Shown: positions 11,791-23,449 of the stretch, one piece after another
Layout: each line of letters starts with the position of its first letter
Numbering within the stretch: the first letter of the stretch is position 1
Assembly (NCBI RefSeq): GCF_009914755.1
Contig: NC_060925.1
Strand: one strand, 5' to 3'
Origin: the human T2T-CHM13v2.0 reference genome, Homo sapiens
Length of the DNA stretch: 64,000 bases
Notes under the pieces: generated by a model
The model's input: the letters and a program-made list of their open reading frames with translations, nothing else
Told to the model about the DNA's origin: nothing
The model's database searches: none
Translations under genes and position numbers: made by a program

Positions 11791-14700
11791 AAAAAAAAAA
11801 AAAAAGATCTGGCTACCTGTAAATATCATTACATTAGTCAGACTGCCATGTGCTGTAAGAGAGGGCAGGTATTGTAGTGTGATGGGGGTCGGAGGAGGAG
11901 GAAGATTCTTTGAAAGATGGAGTTGGGCTCGGGACTGGGGGTGGTTAAGATCTGGACATGGCAACATTTTAGTTTCCAAAAGTCAGGGCTGGGGCTGGGG
12001 CTAGGTCAGCCCCTGGCTTAGGGTAGTTGAGAAAGCACAGGTTTAGAGTCTTATGGGTCTTAATTCCCAACCTTGCAGCCACTTCTTAGGTGCGAGTTCT
12101 GGAAGAGGTGACTCACCTTCAAAAGCTCAGTGTCCATGTCTATAAAACAGGGTCAGTAGCACTGACCTCACTGGAGAAGTGCATGAGACAATTTATGTAC
12201 AGTGCCCTGCATGAGAACACCAGAAAAATGAGGCCCTAAGATAATGGATATTAATGGGTATTAATGGATGTTTCATACCAGCCTTTGCATGGGAAATGTG
12301 AACTTGAGTGCCAAGTTTGTGAATCAAGATCTTACTTTAAGTCAGAGATATGTCACTTTTGAGAATCTTTCATGGAGAATCCCTTGATAAAATGTACCAC
12401 CCCATAGTGGTGGGTGCTGGATGCTGACTTGGTTCTCTCTGGGCTCCAGAATCTGGACTCTGATGATCTACCCAGTTAAGTCATATCCACATAACAAAAT
12501 TTGCAGGCTAAAAAAAAAAACAACTCAGAACTTTCATCTGGGGAGTGTTTGAGCCATACTCTAGAATGAAAATTATACACAGCTTACTATGTACTTAACA
12601 CAATCATATTTAATTGCTCTGACGTGCCCCATCAGTGGCTTCTGAGATGGGTCTCCAATACCTCCTTACAAATGAACTGGAAAGAATGATTGCCATGGTA
12701 CCTGAGGGCAGAATCCCAGTGACGGTCTGGTTTGAATTCCTTTTCTCCTTGCCCCGCCTGGTTGCTACTTGTGTGGCCTACTCCAGTGGCCTGGTTTCCA
12801 AATGTAGCCCGCTATTGATCCAGTTGGACTCATTGGGGCACCAAGAGAAAATAACTTTAATTTTTTTCCAACTCCCACTGCCCTTTTGACTGGCTATATG
12901 GCAGACCACGTCCCCATCCCTGGAGGGCCTCTCATGTAGATTCAATAGCTTTCCTTGTCACTATCAGGGACACTATCTCCTTTTCATCTACAAAAAACTC
13001 TCATCTGATCAAAATCAATCTGAATTTTTCACCAAATTCAAAGTGTTTGTTTCCCCTTAGCTCAGGGAAAGCCCAAGCCTCTTGTCCCCTCTGGAGGCTG
13101 CTTCTGGCTCCTGCAAGGATGGGTGGGAGGTGAAATGAAAGGAAAGGAGGACATTGGTGCCCTCTGTGTGGAGACATCCAAATGCCAGCTCTTTCCCTGA
13201 CTAGGGGCTTATATGTGGGTTTTTTCAGAGCCACTGTGCTCTTCCTTGGTGTGGGCAAAGCTCTCCCTGGCTGGTGTCTTCCAACCCCCTTGCAGCTTCT
13301 GCTCTGACAGTCCACTCCTCATACCCTGAGGATGGCTGGCTTCAATCTGGCCCATTGGTTGGCTGGTTGGGGAAAGGTGAGAGGGTGGGGGCATATGAGG
13401 TTCCAAATCAGTTTTGCTATCCCTCAGCAAGTCCTGCATGAGTGGACTGGCTGCCTTCTTCTGAATGGGAACATACTATCTTCAGCTTTGGAGCCTCAGA
13501 TGTGACTTCCAGATACCAGGAAAAGTTCCAAGTAATATTCTGTTATATAACATATTAACTTTCTCAACTCAAATGCTCAACTTTTATCTTCAGCATAGAA
13601 GAATGGTTAAGTCTGCAGTTCTGGAGTCTGACATTGGCTGGGTGACCATGAGCAAATCATTTAACCGTTCTGGATCTCAGTTTCCTGATCTGTAAAGCAG
13701 AGGCAATGGCCTTCACTCTCAAGTATGTTGTTTAGATTGATTTGTTCTTCAGGTGCCAGGTGGCACATAGCAAGCCCTCAATAAACGGAAGCCCTTATTT
13801 GTATGTTTCTGAGGAGTCCTCATTTCCTCCAACCTAGACTGGATGTCAGTGTTTCTTGCTAATCCAGGTACCATTCCCTCCTGCCATTTGCCTGGCCTGC
13901 ATGGCTGTCTTTGATAATAACACTTAGTGTATCTCGAGCATCACTATCTTATTTGCATCTCACAACAACCTTGCAGGATACATATTATCATCATTCCCAT
14001 TTACAGATAACAAAACTGAGATTCAGGAGGAGGTTGAGTCACTTGCACAGGGGCAAACAGCTTGTAAATAGCAGAACTGGGGTTTGCCCCCAGACCTGTC
14101 TGATCTCAAAACCTGCCTGTTCTACCACTCGTTTTATCTCCTTAATTATCTGTCCTGTCTCTTTGTGCCCTCTGCCAAGAGTAACTCTTCTGCACTCTAT
14201 GGACATAATAGCGGATCCTTTGAATGAAATCACTTCCTGCTTGGAGCGCACCCTGAAAATGGATCCCTCACTGCCCAGTAAAATGATACTTCCTGTGTTA
14301 CATAATAACAAATTCCCAAAGCAGATTTGTAGAGGTAATATTGACTCCATCCACTTCCTGTGTATGGTTATTCAAGTTATATAAAGTTGCATTCTCATGA
14401 AAAGCATCCGGTTACTGTTGGTTCAGTACCTACCTGGTGTCCAATGCTGGATTAGCCAAGAAGGGAAAGGTGTTTTCTGATCTTAAGCCTAGAATCTATT
14501 TTGAGTGTAAGACAGGTAAAAAAAATTACTGCCAGTGCCAAGATGTTTGTAGTAAATACCTGTGAGGGGTCACCAGAAGTAAGTACCATAGGAACTTAAA
14601 GGTGGGAAAAATCAAGTGGCTGGGTGGGTGGGGAGGGGTAGGGAGGAAGTCACAAAAGGCTTCCCGGAAGATCTGGAGCTGGGGCTGAGCGTTGAAGGCC

Positions 14701-16630
14701 AGGTAGAATGTGCAGAGGTGAAGGTGAGAAAGACATGTTTGGTGTGTTTGCAGCAAAGGAGCAGGGGCCCAAAGAGGCAGGAACCCAGCATGGGTGCAGA
14801 GACTCATTTTTCCAAAACAGTCTCTCTTTTACAACCATGAGCCTCTTTGCTCCCTGCGTGGAGATTTTTATGACCCCATCCATCTGTTTGCAGTCAGCCT
14901 TAGGTTTGCTTTGAAATTCAAAAGCTGAAAGGGAAGTGTTATATTGAAGCCAGAGCAGCAGGCTGGGCAGCTTTCTCAGAGGAGGAGGGAGCGGCCTCAT
15001 GGAGCATTAACCACTGCAGGCAAACACCTCTTCTTGTTGGCCTGAGTCCCTGTGAAGTATGGGACCAGGAGCGCTCAAAGGGGCGGTGGATGACCAGCCA
15101 GGGAGGAGCTTCCAGCACGGGTCTGAGCTGACGGCTTCATGCTCACCAGTAGGCAGGCCGTGAGCGTGCACGGCCAAGCATGGAGATTCAGGAGACCTTC
15201 AGCTGGGGCTTCGTGCCCGCTCCGGATCCGTCCGGCCTGTGTTTATTTCTCTTTCCTGCTCTGGCAGACGGGCCTGGGCCCGCTGGGAGAGTTGGCTCAG
15301 CCCTCCCTGGCTCCTGAATTCCCTAGCCCAGCTACCACCCCCTGCATTCCTTAGGAGCCTCAGTGTCCCAGAGAGACACGATTTTTTCCATCTTCTTGAA
15401 TAAAAGACTTTTAGGGACAGTCATTGATCAAATCCAAAATCCACAGTCCGGGCTTCCAAGTCCTGCTCCAGACCCTCTACTTCTCTCAGTTCCATGTGCT
15501 CTAAGACCACACCCTCGCTAACATGCTTTGCCCAGCGCCTCCTCTAGCACGTCTCTCCATGCCCTCCTTCTCTGTCATTCATACAGCCACCAATGGTCTA
15601 CGGCCCCCACCCCCCTCTTGAAAGTCCTGCTGGATGGCTCCGTCTTACCCAGCCTGTCCACGCTCCACACTGCCACAGCTGTCTTCCCTGCCTCCCCTTC
15701 TGAGTACCCCCTGAGCCCACTCTCTGTGCCCCGCCCACCACTAACTCTGGCTGCACCTTCGTGCCTCTGCCCGAATGTGTGTGGAACGCTCCTAACGTGG
15801 ATTTGGAGCTTCTCTTCATGTCCTGGAGACCTTAAAGGGCCCCTTCGAAAGAGGATCAAGCTGCCAGGCTGGAAGCTGCTAAGGGCAGCAACTAGTTGTT
15901 GGGCTTTAGCATTTGATGCAAATTAATTTTTTAGAAGGGGTGGCTTTAAAATTTGGGAGTTTTATTAAGAGGTTAGAGGGTAGAGAAAGATCTTGGAATC
16001 CTAACCTATCAAACTTAGAAGGCTCTTCAAAGATCATCTGCTCTAATTGCTGCATTTTTTTGAATAGGGAAACTGAAGCTCAGTAAGGAGATGCCATTGG
16101 CCTAATGTTATTTATGAAGTCAGTGGCAAAGCAGGAATGGAACTCTCTTTGGGTCCTGAATTAGTCAAAATCTTCCACTCACAGCACCTGGGGTTCTTGA
16201 GCGAAGCTTGAAGCATTGTGGAAATTCAGGGGCACATGCTTCTTCCCTCTTTCAAGAACCATGATAACATGCATTGAAGTTGATTTTGCAGATATAAAGC
16301 ACTTCAGGCCTGTTGTCTCAGGTCATCGCCATTATAGCTCTATAAAGTAAGTCGTATTTATCTCCATTTCCCAGATAAGGCTAATAATACCAGGGTTAAG
16401 TGACATGCCCAAGGAAAAATAACCAGTAGGTAGCCAAAGAGGGTCTTGGGCTCAGGCCTGTTGCTATGTGCAATGTGTCACTCTACCTCCTATTCCTCGA
16501 AAGGTGCTCCACTCTTTTAGAAAATCATGCAGAAAAGGCTGCAGTAGAAAATAGAATAGCTCCAGGATCCAGGGACTGGTACAACAGCTCAGGACATTTC
16601 ATTTCTCGTAGTGGAAAGAAACATCTAGAA

Positions 16631-17395
16631 CAGGGGCTCTTTATCCTTTCAGACCCAGGATCCCATTTTATCACAAATACTTTAAAGTGTCCCTTCTGTA
16701 CTGAAATGAAACTTATGAATAATATAACACACCTACACATATGATTTTTTAAAAATTAATTCAGTGCCCTAACTATAAGGAAAAAGAAATAGTAGCTTAT
16801 AATAAAATAATATGTAATTTGGTTTGTCCACACTTGGGTACATCAACACTTGTAGACATAATGTAATAGTCAAAGCTTGTACCTAACTGCTGAGTCACCC
16901 TGAAAGTGACAGCTAAAATACCAAGGAGTACAGCTGTGTGTCTCTCTGACACCCGGAATACACAGGCATTGTTGTTAGTAAGGTGGCACTCAAAAATAGT
17001 GAACAACTCTTGGTAAAGTTCAGAACAAAATGAAGCACATTCTTCTCTCAATATACATGGCAATTACATTCCTGTAAGATTTAGTGCACATTAAACCTTT
17101 ACAAACAAATACTACGTGTTTACGTAAAATGGATTCAGGTTCTAGGCTCAGATAATTACAAATGATTTTTTTTTCTCCCCTAATGAATGTTTGGCAAAAC
17201 ATGCAAAAATTTTGCAGGATGGGGGATAATTCTTTATGTGGGGCTCTTAGCAGGTCACTAAGTGTCGCTAGCCCTTGACCACAACTACCCCCGCACCACC
17301 CCGCCCCTGCAACAGCTGTATGAAAGCCAAAAACTCCCCGACGAATTCCCAAAGCATCCTATGGGTGTCGATACTACCCCTGCTGAAAAACACTA
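16631..17395. mobile_element. hAT-Charlie-type DNA transposon relic
   Basis: Begins atctagaa|caggggctct and ends gctgaaaaacacta|atttggag, resembling Charlie termini and the NTCTAGAN target. AT-rich interior. Confidence 0.5.
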
Positions 17396-18496
17396 ATTTG
17401 GAGATTTTCTCTGAGAAGCCAGGCATGAAAGAGGGAAGGCTGAGACCTCTATTGTACCTAGATGTTTGGATTTCTCTCAGTTTTGCTTTTGATGAACATA
17501 ATTTAATACTAACCTTGGATGATGCTTAGTCTTCAGACTTAAAATTAATGCAATAAATGTTGACCACGTGTCCTCTATTTTAAAGACTGTTCATCCAGGG
17601 GATGGAAAAATGAATATGACCTGGGCTCTGCATGCACGGCTTTCCCTTTATCATATTCTAAGGGTGATAAGCCATACGAAACCCATCATCTAAGACTGGA
17701 TGCATACAAAGGCTGGGGCTTCAGGAGAGGTGGAAGTGTGAGCCCGGGGGACCAGAGCACGCTTCTACGAGGAAGCACAAATTAAGTGAGGCCTTGAATA
17801 CCAGGAAAGAAGTTTTCAGGTGAAAATAGGGGGAATGAGCAGCTAGCTGTGGAAGGGACAGTGGGGATGGAGATGGAGTTGGGAAATTGCAGATACGTTC
17901 AGGGAGCCCGAGTAGCTCTCTATGGCTGGAGCATGGTTTTAGGGGAGGGGAGGAGACACATGTCTGGAGAGATTCGTTGGGCAAACTGTAGAGGGCCTGT
18001 GAGGGAGCACTGCTGGGAGGGGAAGGGAGGGGGAGAGGAAGCAAATGCACATTCCATATTAATTTTAACTTCTTGAGGAAGGTCCCCAGTACTATGGTAA
18101 CCATCACATACTTGATGGATGCTACTCAGTGTCTGCCTCCCCCACCGAGCTGCAGGCTCTGCATTTCTCTAGTTGGGCCTGGCACCCTGCAGGCTCAGGT
18201 TTGGGATGTGGAAGGCTTTTGGACCCAAGGTGAACTGGACTCTTTGGGCCAGTTCTCTGTATCTAGGTGAGCCAGTGTGCTGAGGCCAGAAGGGGGGCCT
18301 GGGAGTCTGGACTCCTGGGTTGGCCTCCGACTCGCACATGCCAAGAGGCCTTGGGTGGGTCCATCTCTTGGTGTTCCCCTTATCTGTTCAGTGAGGGGCC
18401 TGAGCCCACAGAAGAATCATGTCCCCTCCAGCTCCCACTTTCCTGCCTTGTTCCGTCAGGTCACCTGTTTAGAGCCTGAGGTCACGACCTGAGTAG

Positions 18497-18515
18497 CACT
18501 GCCCCCTGGTGGCAG
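18497..18515 (-). promoter_or_regulatory. Strong CTCF motif match
   Basis: Minus strand CTGCCACCAGGGGGCAGTG against the core consensus CCACCAGGGGGCGC. Confidence 0.65.
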
Positions 18516-21500
18516 CTGCTGGATGGCAGGAGAGACAGTAGCACCTTCCAAGTCCAATCCCCCTACCAGTAAGTACCACCTTCCAAGTCCAAGCAGAGGT
18601 TGGCCCAAGCTTCAGTGTCTGTCTTTGGGTATGGCTCCAGAGCAGAGGGGTGGGCAACTCAGCAGAGTCAGTCCCTTCCCAGGGGACTCCCAGTAGTGCT
18701 TCCAGTGCCCTCCCATGACCACCCACCATCACTGAGGAAAGTCCCTGGGACCACATGACTTCATGGGTCATTCTGTCCCTGGGATCGGGCAAGGGGCATA
18801 GGGGGAGGTGGGGCTCAGGAAATACCGTCCTCCCTCATCTTCATCATCATCACCACCACAAAGCTCTTGGAGTCTACGAGCACAGGCAAACCTGCCTTAT
18901 CCTAAATCCTCACGGTATCTCTGTGGGGTGAGGCTATCCTCTCCCATTTTATTGATGGGAAAACTGAGATTCAATGGGAGGAGGAGATGGCCCCAGGGCA
19001 TCAGGCTTTTCCTCGACCTCTATGCCACTCCTCTGTTCTTAAGCTGCCTGGGGCTCCTGCTGCCCACCGGGTGGTGTCCTCATGCCTTGACCTGTGAGTC
19101 ACAGCCTCTAAAGCCTGATTCCACCAGCTCCAGAGAGTATCCCCTCTGCTGCCACTTGGAGCCTGGGCACTCTGAGGCCAGCCCTCCACCTGTGCTGCTG
19201 GTCTCTGCTGCCTGTGGGGGTGGCAGTAACAGCTAACACGTGCTCTGGGCCTTGGTTTCCAAAGCTTTCTTACATCCACCATCTCATTAAAACCTCACTG
19301 CAGCCTGTGCCAGAATTAGTTTTATTAAACTCACCATAGAGATGAGAAAAACGAGGCTGAGAGAAGGGAGGGACTACCTGGCGCAAAAGCAGGTCCAGGA
19401 CTCTGGCTCCCCCTGACCATAAGCCCAAGACCCCGACTGAGCCGGGACAACCTCTGGGACGGGGTGAAGGGTGAGAGGCTGAATGCGGGGAGACTGGCTG
19501 GCCCTGGAAGCAATCTGTGTTTTCAGGTCTCCCCGGGAGCAGGAAGACTGCTGGACCCAGGAGCTGTCTCCAGTGGCCCGTCTGTCTTGGCCCCTCAAGC
19601 CAGGCCCCAGCCTGTGCTGTGGATCTGAACCAGGCCTCCTCCCTCTTGCTGAGACCCTGCTGTGTTCTGACTCCAGCCAGTCCTGCCTCTCTCTGTTTCC
19701 ACCCATGCTCGTCTGTGTTTTTCTGCCTCCCCATCCAGGCTTCTTCCGATGACTCCCTTTCATTCTCCCCCTTTCTCTCTGCCTCTCTCTGCTTCTCTGT
19801 TGCTGTCTCCTACTGTGTCTTCACTCTCTCTCCATCCATCTTTCTATGTGTTTTTGTCTCTTTTGCTTATCTTCTCCTTCACTCTTCGTCCCCACCCTTG
19901 GTCACCATCCTGCTCAGCCCCCTTGTCCCCCTCTTGGGTCTCAGGGCAGCAGAGGTGAGGGAACACTGGGAAGGGATGTCTGGGGACCTGCAAGTCCCCA
20001 ACCCTTCCTTGCCTGGGAACTTGTGTCTTCAGGTTGGGAATTTTATCACTGTTTTTTTGTGGCTGATCAGGGAGGAAGAAATGAAAACTAAGAAAAAACA
20101 AAACAACAACAACAAAACAAACCAGGAACTGTTTTGCAAGCCCAGAACCAACTGATATGAAACAAGATTTTACGAATATTTTCTGAAAATAATTTCATTT
20201 TGCGATACCGTAACAGTGGCCAGCCCAGCTCCCCTGGCTGGCGGCTGCTATGAGCAGCAGCTGGAGCCCCTACCTCCTCCCCTCCAAGCCCAGCCCATCC
20301 CAGCCTTCATTCTGTCCTGCTGGCTAGGCCAGGGTGCTCCCTCTGCTGCAGCACCCCTAGAAGGTAGTTGTGAGGTGGGGGGTTTCTTGCCTGCCTGAGA
20401 GAGCCCTGCAGCTCCCAAGTCCCTTACCTCATGAAAGCCCAAGGCTGGCAGGTCTAAACTTGTTATTCCCAGCTACCTGTAACCCAGTATTGCTACTGCA
20501 AAGTACCTGGTTAAGACACTCTTGGCACCCTACTCTGTGGCTGAGGTTCCAAGCCCTCCCAGAGTGCATGGGCTCCCTGGGGCTCACACACTTGTGATCT
20601 TGGTCTCCAGCTTGCAGCCTCTGCTTTACCCCATGTCTACTTGGGGGCAATCAGCCCCTTCCATGGTACCACCCCGCTCCGTCCCAAATCTTCACAGGCC
20701 ATGAGGACCTAGTGGAGACTGGCAGAGCAGATGGGGGTGGGGTTCTTATGGCCACTGTGAAAATGACTGCTGTTGGCAGGTTTTCTCCCCATCAACGAGA
20801 TGTTCCTCCTCCTTCACTTTCTCTCCATTTGCCTAGCTCCTGACTTCTCATCCTTCTCTCTTGATTTCCTCTGTCTCCTGCTCTCCTTTTCAGGAGTAAA
20901 ATGATAAAATTCCTACCCCAGTCATAAAGAATACCTTCTCTCTACCTCCTTTGAGGTGGGAGACAGTGGTTTTCCTTCCTACCTCAAGCCCTGATAGAAG
21001 CAGTCTTTCAAAGAAAGATGCTGCTCTTTCTAAAAGGAATTTTAGTGACTACAATTTGCTCCACTTTTTGCTCTTTCTATGCAGATAAGGAGACAGAGGT
21101 CCAAGAATGGCAGAGCTTGCCCAAGGTCACACAGCGGGCCAGCTGAGCTGGGACTGAAACCCAGCACCCGTTGTCCTCATCTCAAGAGTCCGGCTGCTGC
21201 AGGACATCATTGTCCGATGGTTCCTCTGAAGGGCTAGGCTGTTGAACCCTAGATGTTCAGGGACAGAAAGGCCTCAGAGAATGCAGAAAGATGGAGAGGG
21301 AGTGAAGACCTGCTGCCGTACGGAGAACAGTGTGTCAGGAGCTCTGAGGAATCCCTCGCCCCTCCCTCAGCCACCCATTGCGTCATGTCTGAGAGCCTAT
21401 TTCTGGGCCACGGCCTCTCCAGGGAGTAAGTGAGCTGGGCACTACCGCCCCTAAGAAAGGACAAGACCTCATTCGCTCACCGAACTTCTGGGTGGATGGA

Positions 21501-22379
21501 TGACAGCAGCCTCCTTCCTGTGTGTGAGGGGCAGAGAGGACAGGGGTCACAGCCACAGCAGGAATCCTCACACCATTGACGTCAGCTCTTAAGACCATCA
21601 TCGGGTGTGGTGGGGAGTGGGGCAGGGCTTCTCTGGATCTCTGCCCAGAGTCTGATGAGTGGGACAGAGGTCTGGGCAGGCTCCTGGACATGGAAGAGGC
21701 TCACTGTGTTGGGCCTCAGTCGCTTCCTGACTTTGTCCCCCGCCTGTGAAATGTGGATGCTGGATGCATCCTCGCCCACCTCGCAGGCCGCAGCCCACAC
21801 CTGACATCGCGGAATTGCCGGATAAAAATGAGAATAGGCCTGGAGCTGGACTACTTGGGTTCCCAGCCTGGCTTCAGCATTTATAAACTGTGTTGGGTTA
21901 CTTAACCTTCCTGTGTCTCAGTTGCTTCATCAGTAGACGGAGATAAGGAAGAGCAGCCACGTGAGTGAAATGATTTAGTATTTATAAATGCCTAGAACAT
22001 TGTCTCATGCATCATAAATGCTCAACAAATGTTAGCTTCCAGTTGCATTCTTGTCACCCTATGTGCAGGTGAGGCCACTGTGTGGAGTCCATATTCCTCT
22101 TAGTAGGAACCAAAAGAACTCAGTAACCATGGGCAATAAATCACCTCTGGTAGAGGCTTCTGGGGCTTTAGAATAGAGTCCTCTTCCTCTCTAAACTTCT
22201 CAGTGACCTGTCCCTCCTTCCCCGCAATTCCAGTGACTAAGTCTCTCCCGGTGAAACTTGCTGCAGGAATACCTTGTGTGGTTCCCAGTCAGCTGACACT
22301 GGACGGTATGTTGTGCTGTGATAGAACAGATATGACATGTTGTATTTGAAGTCTTCCCTTCTTTCTTTCCTCTTTGTTT

Positions 22380-23160
22380 ACTCCATCATTCTTCCACAAG
22401 TCCCCACTATATATAGTGTCTATATGGCATACATAAACGACTGTGCTGAGGCTGACTTCACAGAGAGGCAACCCGTGGCCCTGGCACGAGGAAGCCAAGG
22501 GGCAGAGTGGGCACTACAGATCATCTCAGCACAACCTTAAGTGCTCCGAGGAACAGCGAGCTGTAGGATCAGAGGGGAGGCATGGCTTGGGGAGTTGGGG
22601 AAGTCTCTGTGCAACAGATACCACTGGAGCTGGGTTGTGCAGGATGTGTAGGAGTTCAACAGAGCAATGGGTGAGGCATAAAGAGGAAAGACTGGCAGTG
22701 CTGTGGAAACAGCAAGTGCAGAGGTGGCGGGTGGTGAAGCGGGGGATGGAGTTAGAAAACACTGAGGCTGGCAGTAACTCTGGAGTGTGGAATGCTGGGG
22801 GAAGACTTGGCAAGGCGCGGCTTTCTTGTAGGAGGCATGGGCAGGGACCAGATCTTAGAGGGCCTTGTGTAACCTTTGTCAACCTCGAGGAGACACTGAA
22901 GAATTTTCAAAGCAGGGGAGATATGTGGTCATTTTTGTTGGTTGACAGCGCTCTCTGGCTGCCGAAGGAAGAGTGGACTGGAGGGGCCTGGCTAGGTGGC
23001 AGGGGCTCAGGTAAAAGGTCTGGACCAGGGTGGAGCAATGGGGATGAGGGAGTGTGTAGGAAGAGCTGATCGGGAAGAATCAGTAGGTCTTGGTGAGTGA
23101 GAAAGGCAAAAAAAAAGGGAGACTGCAAGCCTGAGCCCCAGATTTGAGCTGTGTTTAAAG
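22380..23160 (-). mobile_element. L2 LINE fragment just downstream of the TRABD2B 3' end
   Basis: Purine-rich L2-like body (ggcagggaccagatcttagagggccttg, gaagaattttcaaagcaggggagatatg). Confidence 0.55.
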
Positions 23161-23399
23161 TCCCCGAGCAGCTCCTTCTCCACATCGTTGGGCAGCTCAA
23201 TCTGGCTGGGGAGAGGGTATCTGGACCTCATTTGGCATGAGGCCTCTCAAGCCATTGGGTTCCTGCTGAAACCATCCTCCCAAAGTCTGCCCGATTCTGT
23301 GCATGAAAACCGGGCTCATTCCAACTCCTCTGCTTCACTGCAGGCCTTGGCCCTCACAGCAAAGGCAATTTTCCTGAACGTTCCCTGGCAGGAAGAGAG

Positions 23400-23449
23400 G
23401 AGCTGTCACACAGAAACACTAAGCCATTGAATTCATAATATCTTTTATT
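23400..23449 (-). terminator. Distal polyadenylation signal of TRABD2B (AATAAA plus downstream GU-rich element)
   Basis: Plus-strand tttatt at 23444-23449. The minus strand reads AATAAAAGATATTATGAATTCAATGGCTTAGTGTTTCTGTGTG. Confidence 0.82.
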
